NCBI RefSeq assembly: GCF_039541115.1
Contig: NZ_BAABFP010000002.1
Span: 434,001 to 498,000, forward strand
DNA: 64,000 bases
Direction of reading: 5' to 3'
Origin: Angustibacter luteus
Lineage (GTDB): Bacteria; Actinomycetota; Actinomycetes; Actinomycetales; Angustibacteraceae
A program made the translations under genes and the position numbers. Shown here piece by piece: positions 58,568 to 64,000 of this stretch (positions within the stretch are counted from its first letter, which is position 1; each line of letters opens with the position of its first letter). The notes under the pieces were generated by a model. It made no database searches. It was not told where the DNA came from and saw only the letters and a program-made list of their open reading frames with translations.

Positions 58568-60408
58568 CGTGACAGCTCCCTGTCCTGATCCGCGCTCGCC
58601 TTCGCGATGCTCTTCTCATCCGGCACCAGATCGGCCACCTGCGACACGTCGCCCAGGTAGGCTTCGATGACCTGCGGATCGCGAACCACCTCAGCCGGCC
58701 GCCCGTCCGCGATGACGGCGCCACTGGCCAGGACCGCGACGCGATCGCAGAGCGACATCACTAGGCCCATGTTGTGCTCGACCAGCACGACGGTGACTCC
58801 CCCGTCGCGGATCGCCTCCACGATCTGCCGGAGCTGAGCCACCTCCTGCCCGTTCAGACCAGCGGCAGGCTCGTCGAGCAGCAGCAGTCGGGGGTTCGTC
58901 GCGATAGCGCGCGCGAGCTCGACCCTGCGCTGCACCCCGTAGGGCAGCGATGCCGGCGGCTCGTCGGCGTAGTCGGCGATCCCGAACCTGGCGAGGATCT
59001 GGTCTGCCTGCGCGCGCATCCGGCGTTCGTCGCGGACGATGCCGACGGGCCAGCCGACGTACGCCGTGGTGGAGACCATCGAGGAGCGGTCGAGGGCCAT
59101 CAGCACGTTCTGCCGGACGGTGAGCTGGGTGAACAGCCGAAGGTTCTGGAAGGTGCGTGCGATGCCGTACTGCGAGAGCTGCGCGGGCGTCAGTGCCGTG
59201 ACGTCCTGGTCGTCCAGCAGGAAGCGTCCCCCGTTCGGCTTGTACAGCCCGCTGATCACGTTGAGGAGCGTGGTCTTGCCTGAGCCGTTAGGACCGACGA
59301 TCCCGGTGATGCTGCCGGCCTCGACGTCGATGGTGACGTCGTTCAGCGCCTTGAGGCCACGGAAGCTCTTGCTGATGCCACGAACGTGCAAGGTGGCGGC
59401 GGACCGGTTCTCGCCAGCCCCGAGTCCGCCGGTGCCGTCCGGGGCGAACGGCTGCACGGCGGCTCGTTCTGCCGCCGTCCCGCGACGCATCGACCGGATT
59501 CGTCTTGGGATGCCGGCCAGCCCGGTAGGTGCAAAGACCACCGCGAGCACCACGATGGCGCCGTATCCGAGCTGTGCATAGGTCGAGAAGTCGATCAACC
59601 ACTCCCGCACCAGGGACAGGACGACAGCCCCGATGATGCAGCCGATGATGCTCTGCCGGCCACCGATGATGACCATGGCGAGGAGAAGGAACATCGTGGC
59701 GATGCTGAAGGAGTCCGGCGAGACGTAGTGGATGAGGCCGGCGTACAGGATTCCCGCCACTCCGCCGTAGAGGCTGGAGACGCCGAATGTCATCAGTCGG
59801 AGAACCTTGACGTTCGCGCCCAGCGCGCTGGCGGCGATGGAGTCGTCGCGCATGGCCATCATCCGGCGGCCGAGTCGGGTGTGCACGATGAAGAGCGCGA
59901 ACGCCAGGCCAAGCGCAAGCGCCGCGATCTCCAGGTAGTAGTAGAGGTACTCGCTGCTGAGATCGACCCCGAAGAACGGTGGCGTCGGGACTCCGGAGAT
60001 CCCGTTGGCACCGTGGGTGATCGAGGAGGCGTTGGTGATCCAGCTGGTGAACGCGAGTGCCAGGCCGAGTGTCACGATGCCCAGGTAGTGGGACTGCACG
60101 CGGAGCGCGGGGATCCCCACGACGACTCCCATGAGCAGGCTGGCGAGCAGCCCGACGACTGCGGCCGTCCAGAAGCCGAAACCGTGCTCCGTGGTCAGGA
60201 TCGCGACCCCGTAGGCGCCGACCCCGAAGAAGGCCACCTGGGCCAGGTTGACCTGCCCTCCGATACCGAGGGCAAGTCCGAGCCCGATGGAGAGGATGGC
60301 GAAGATGATCATGACATCGGCGACGTGAATCTGGTACGAGCCCACCAGATAAGGCAGGGCGACGAGCCCCACGGCCACCACCAGGACTGCACCGAGCTTG
60401 ACCTTCAT
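58564..60408 (-). CDS. Fused LivM-like permease and LivG-like ATPase
   Basis: GQVNLAQVAFFGVGAY and YLGIVTL permease motifs, then GPNGSGKTT, ARTFQ and LLLDEPAAGL in one ORF. Confidence 0.9.
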   Translation of the reverse strand: MKVKLGAVLVVAVGLVALPYLVGSYQIHVADVMIIFAILSIGLGLALGIGGQVNLAQVAFFGVGAYGVAILTTEHGFGFWTAAVVGLLASLLMGVVVGIPALRVQSHYLGIVTLGLALAFTSWITNASSITHGANGISGVPTPPFFGVDLSSEYLYYYLEIAALALGLAFALFIVHTRLGRRMMAMRDDSIAASALGANVKVLRLMTFGVSSLYGGVAGILYAGLIHYVSPDSFSIATMFLLLAMVIIGGRQSIIGCIIGAVVLSLVREWLIDFSTYAQLGYGAIVVLAVVFAPTGLAGIPRRIRSMRRGTAAERAAVQPFAPDGTGGLGAGENRSAATLHVRGISKSFRGLKALNDVTIDVEAGSITGIVGPNGSGKTTLLNVISGLYKPNGGRFLLDDQDVTALTPAQLSQYGIARTFQNLRLFTQLTVRQNVLMALDRSSMVSTTAYVGWPVGIVRDERRMRAQADQILARFGIADYADEPPASLPYGVQRRVELARAIATNPRLLLLDEPAAGLNGQEVAQLRQIVEAIRDGGVTVVLVEHNMGLVMSLCDRVAVLASGAVIADGRPAEVVRDPQVIEAYLGDVSQVADLVPDEKSIAKASADQDRELSR

Positions 60409-61274
60409 GCGCGGTTCACCGTGCGCTCCCCGAAGATGCCCGTCGGCAGGATCATGATCACGACCGTGAACACGACGAACACGACCAGTTCCGAGTAACC
60501 CTCGAACTGACCGGCGGCGAACGAGTCCAGGACCCCGATCGCAAGCCCACCCACGATCGCACCCTGGATGTTGCCGAATCCCCCGAGGATCGCGGCGGCG
60601 AACCCCTTGATGCCCAACGAGCCGCCAAGCGAGGCATTGACGTAGAGCAGCGGTCCAGCCAGTCCTCCGGCAAGCGCGGCGAGGCCGGCTCCGACGGCGA
60701 ACGCGATCGCGTTGCTCCTGCCGACATGAATGCCGACGGCCGTGGCGGCGTCCGGATCCATCGCGACGGCTTGCATCGCCGAACCCAGTTTCGTGCGTTG
60801 GAGGAAGGCGACCAGCGCGATCGTCGCAAGCGCGGCCACGATGAGGACGACGATGCTGTACGTACGGATCCTCAGGCCACCGACGTCGATCGGCGCCGCC
60901 TTCAAAGGTGACGGAACCGCGCGCCCGGTGGCTCCCCAGATGATCGTGGCCAGGGCCTCGAGCATCACTCCGAAGCCGATGGTGCCGATGAGCATCAGGT
61001 CGAAGTCCCGGCCTTCCAGGGGGCGCAAGACCCTTTCGATGACCAGACCCAGCGCGCCGGTGATCACGACGGCGATCACGATGGCGACCGCGAAGGGCAG
61101 CTTGGCCGTCATGTAGAACGTCGATGCGGTGTAGGCCCCGATCATGACGATCTGGCCGTTGGCGAAGTTGACCAGCCCCATGGTCCGGTAGACCAGCGAG
61201 AACCCCAAGGCGACCAGCGCGTAGATGGCCCCCAGGGTGAGCCCACCGATGAGTGTCTGGAGTTGAACCTGCAT
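60405..61274 (-). CDS. LivH-like ABC permease
   Basis: GAIYALVALGFSLVY..VNFANG and KGFAAAILGGFG. Confidence 0.92.
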   Translation of the reverse strand: MQVQLQTLIGGLTLGAIYALVALGFSLVYRTMGLVNFANGQIVMIGAYTASTFYMTAKLPFAVAIVIAVVITGALGLVIERVLRPLEGRDFDLMLIGTIGFGVMLEALATIIWGATGRAVPSPLKAAPIDVGGLRIRTYSIVVLIVAALATIALVAFLQRTKLGSAMQAVAMDPDAATAVGIHVGRSNAIAFAVGAGLAALAGGLAGPLLYVNASLGGSLGIKGFAAAILGGFGNIQGAIVGGLAIGVLDSFAAGQFEGYSELVVFVVFTVVIMILPTGIFGERTVNRA

Positions 61275-61351
61275 GACGTTCCTTCCGCCTCGAGGGGTCC
61301 GACCTGCGGTGCCCGGAGCCAGGACGTCGCCGCCCCGGCTCCGGGCCACCG

Positions 61352-62503
61352 TCACTGGGCCGCGGTGAGCGCGCCCGACTTGATGAGGCCGATCTTCGTC
61401 TCGTGGATGCCGACGCCCTGGTCGTCGTAGGCGAAGCTGCCGAGCAGACCGGCGTACTTGGTGGCGCGGATCTGGTCAGCGAGCTTCTGCCCACCCTCGC
61501 CGTTGGTCGCCTTCAGCGCGGTCAGGAAGATGTTGGTCCCGTCGTAGGCCTTGGCTCCATGGAGCTCGGCCTCCTCGTTGTAGGCAGCCTTGTAGGCCGC
61601 AGCAAACTTCTTCGAGGCATCGGTGGCGTCGTTGCTCAGGTAGGGCGTGCTCACGATGGTGCCCTCGACGTTCGCGTTGCCAGCCGTCTGCGCGTACACC
61701 GGGGTGGACAGCGGTGCCGCACCGGCGAAGACGGACTTCAGCCCGAGCTCACGGGCCTGCTTGGCGATCAGGCCGGCCTCCACCTCCTCCGTACCGATGA
61801 AGAGCACGTCCGGGTTCTTGCCCCGGATGGACGTCAGCACCGAGCTGAAGTCCTTCTGGTCGGTCGTGACGACCTTGTCGTCGGTCGGCGTGATGTTGCG
61901 GGAGCTCAGCGCGGCCTTGAAGGCGTCGTGCTCACCGGTGCCGTAGCCACCGTTGTTGGAGATCATCGCAAAGGTCTTGTAGCCCTTGTCCTCGACCAGA
62001 TACTTCGCGAGCGTCTCGTCGTAGGTGACGCTGGTCGGCCCGTTGAAGAACTGGAAGGGGCTACCGAGCTTGGAGATCGCCGGGGACTGACCGGAGGTGA
62101 TCGACGGCACCTTCGCGGCCTTCAGGATCGGATTCATCGCCAGCGTGACGGCACTCTCCGCGGTGCCGATCATCGCCGTGTACCCACCGGCCGTGACCTT
62201 GCTGGCGATGGAGGTGCCGGTCGTCGGGTCGCCCTGGTCGTCGAAGACTGTCAGCTCGACCTTGCGGCCGTCGAGACCCCCGGCCTCGTTGAACTCGTTG
62301 ACAGCCAGCTTGGCGCCCTTGAGCTCCCATGCCCCCAGGGAGCTGAGCTGACCACTCTGGGCGTCAACCAGCGCGAACTTGATGGGTCCGCTGTCGGAAC
62401 CGCCGGACGCCTCGTCCGAGCCTGGTGCACTGCAGGCGCCACTTGCGACGAGCAGGAGCGCGCTCGCGGCGACTGCCAGCACCGTCTTCGTCGACGGGAT
62501 CAT
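61352..62503 (-). CDS. LivK-like ABC substrate-binding lipoprotein
   Basis: Lipobox-like SGAC, NEAGGLDGRKVEL..DDQGDP and KAYDG. Confidence 0.9.
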   Translation of the reverse strand: MIPSTKTVLAVAASALLLVASGACSAPGSDEASGGSDSGPIKFALVDAQSGQLSSLGAWELKGAKLAVNEFNEAGGLDGRKVELTVFDDQGDPTTGTSIASKVTAGGYTAMIGTAESAVTLAMNPILKAAKVPSITSGQSPAISKLGSPFQFFNGPTSVTYDETLAKYLVEDKGYKTFAMISNNGGYGTGEHDAFKAALSSRNITPTDDKVVTTDQKDFSSVLTSIRGKNPDVLFIGTEEVEAGLIAKQARELGLKSVFAGAAPLSTPVYAQTAGNANVEGTIVSTPYLSNDATDASKKFAAAYKAAYNEEAELHGAKAYDGTNIFLTALKATNGEGGQKLADQIRATKYAGLLGSFAYDDQGVGIHETKIGLIKSGALTAAQ

Positions 62504-62542
62504 GTCGTGTGACCTCACTTCGTTGGGTGGAGTGATGCGCCG

Positions 62543-64000
62543 TCAGGCGAATCGACCGTGGTAGATGTCCTTGATGTTCCAGTGCCCGGGGGTGGGCACA
62601 GGCTCGTTGACCATCGCGACGTCGATGACTGCCGTCCGACGGTTGGCCACTGCGGAGCGCAGGGCCTCGGCGAACTCGTCCGCCGACTGGGGCAGGTACC
62701 CGTCCGCACCGCAGGACCGAGCCAAGGCGGCGAAGTCGGGACTGTAGGAGTTGCCGTCCTGGTCGCGGAACTCGCAACCGAAACTCGCGCCGAAGTTCGA
62801 GGCCTGCAGGTCGGCGATCGTGCCGTGCGCGCGGTTGTTCATGACCACGAAGAGGACCGGCAGTCCCTGCTCGACGGCCATGGGCAGAGCCGGCAGCTGG
62901 GCGCTCATCCCACCGTCCCCGATCAGCGCGACCACGACCTTGTCGGGGGCCGCAACCTGCACCCCGACCGCAGCGGCCGGCCCGAAGCCCATGGTGGACA
63001 GGCCGCCAGGGGTGATGAAGCGTCCCGCAGGGGGCAGGTCGTAGCACTGGGCCACACCGTTCTTGTTCCACCCCACATCGGTCACCAGGATGGCGTCCTC
63101 GGGCAGCGCGTCACGCAGGTCACGCAGGATCCGTTCAGGGCGGAGCGGGAAGGCATCGCTGCCCCCTCGTTCGCGACTCGCGTCGAAGAGCTCGTCGCGG
63201 ACGGCGACGATGCGGCTGCGAAGTCCCGGCCGGGACCGCGGAGCTGGACTGGCCTGCCGCACCGCCTGCAGCACTGCGCCAACCGTCTGGGTGGCGTCGG
63301 CGACGACACCCATCTCGACGGGGTAGTTGCGGCCGATCTCCGAGGGATCCAGGTCCACCTGGATGAGCCGTCCGGGCGGCAGCCCCCACGTGTACCGACC
63401 GTCCCAGGAACTGGCGTCGGTCTCGGCGAATCGTGTCCCGAAGGCGAGGACGACGTCTGCCTCGCGGGTGTAGTCGTTGGTCATCTCCAAGCCCCAGAAC
63501 CCGGTCATGCCCATCAGCAGGGGATGCCGGTCAGGAACGGTTCCCTTGGCCATGAGCGAATGCGCGATGGGGATGTCCAGGTGCTCGGCCAACTCGATCA
63601 CGGCCTCACGGCCAGCGGGGGTCCGCAGTCCGCCGCCGATGTAGATCAGCGGACGTTCGGCCTCCAGCAACGTCGCAGCGACTCGCGCAGCATCGCGCTC
63701 GCCGATGGAGGGGGTCGAGGTTTGACCAACCAGCGGGAAGTCCGCTTCGCGGCCGGCCGGCAGTGGGCGGGAGAACATGTCCATGGGTACGTTCAGCAGC
63801 ACTGCCCCGGGGCGCCCGGACGTCGCGGTCCAGAAGGCGCGCTCGGTGAAGCGCGGGAGGTCCTCGACACGCTTGATGTCCCAGACCCGCTTCACGAACG
63901 GTCGGTAGATCGCTCCCTGGTCGGCGTCGTCGTGGAGGTTCACCTCCTGGTGCGGGTGTCGTCCGGCGTAGTAGGACGGGACGTCCCCAGCGATGGCGAT
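62543..64000 (-). CDS. Thiamine pyrophosphate-binding enzyme (acetolactate synthase-like); 5' end outside the window
   Basis: GRPGAVLLNVP, TDVGWNKN, GGLSTMGFG and GDGG..NN TPP motif; the frame stays open to the window edge (IAIAGDVPSYYAGRHPHQE). Confidence 0.9.
   Translation of the reverse strand: MAIAGDVPSYYAGRHPHQEVNLHDDADQGAIYRPFVKRVWDIKRVEDLPRFTERAFWTATSGRPGAVLLNVPMDMFSRPLPAGREADFPLVGQTSTPSIGERDAARVAATLLEAERPLIYIGGGLRTPAGREAVIELAEHLDIPIAHSLMAKGTVPDRHPLLMGMTGFWGLEMTNDYTREADVVLAFGTRFAETDASSWDGRYTWGLPPGRLIQVDLDPSEIGRNYPVEMGVVADATQTVGAVLQAVRQASPAPRSRPGLRSRIVAVRDELFDASRERGGSDAFPLRPERILRDLRDALPEDAILVTDVGWNKNGVAQCYDLPPAGRFITPGGLSTMGFGPAAAVGVQVAAPDKVVVALIGDGGMSAQLPALPMAVEQGLPVLFVVMNNRAHGTIADLQASNFGASFGCEFRDQDGNSYSPDFAALARSCGADGYLPQSADEFAEALRSAVANRRTAVIDVAMVNEPVPTPGHWNIKDIYHGRFA

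Overview
A very GC-rich actinobacterial chromosomal segment with about 63 genes; the IdeR, FurA and DosR-like sites, leaderless genes, F420-type LLM oxidoreductase and furA-katG all point to Actinomycetota. I found no rRNA, tRNA, CRISPR array, IS element or integrase. In order: (1) 5' part of recC. (2) A divergent GTP/pterin-to-lipid cluster: a CDP-alcohol phosphotransferase fused to an LtaS/sulfatase-like domain, then Zn-dehydrogenase, non-canonical QueD/PTPS, GT4, LPG-synthase-type membrane protein, RibD reductase and RibA. (3) A general-stress block (DUF3618, holin-like, YihY, GAF-ANTAR, GSP26, LLM). (4) PrsW plus a partner. (5) A DosS/DosR-like hypoxia islet with four DosR-box-like sites. 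(6) A four-repeat Ig-like surface protein. (7) An IdeR-boxed iron-siderophore ABC importer. (8) A large FtsX-type ABC system. (9) furA-katG. (10) A GATase/GMC/DUF4386 unit next to a MalT-like regulator that has lost its ATPase core. (11) SNF2 helicase and MerR-MFS. (12) A cNMP-binding MFS transporter next to a cyclase-fold DUF2652 gene. (13) A lower-GC catabolic island (LacI, TIM-barrel isomerase, Liv-type ABC, TPP enzyme). The best candidates for undescribed systems are the GTP-derived headgroup lipid pathway (526-7582) and the putative cGMP cyclase plus cNMP-gated MFS module (52237-54706). All family calls come from reading motifs by eye; no database searches were run.
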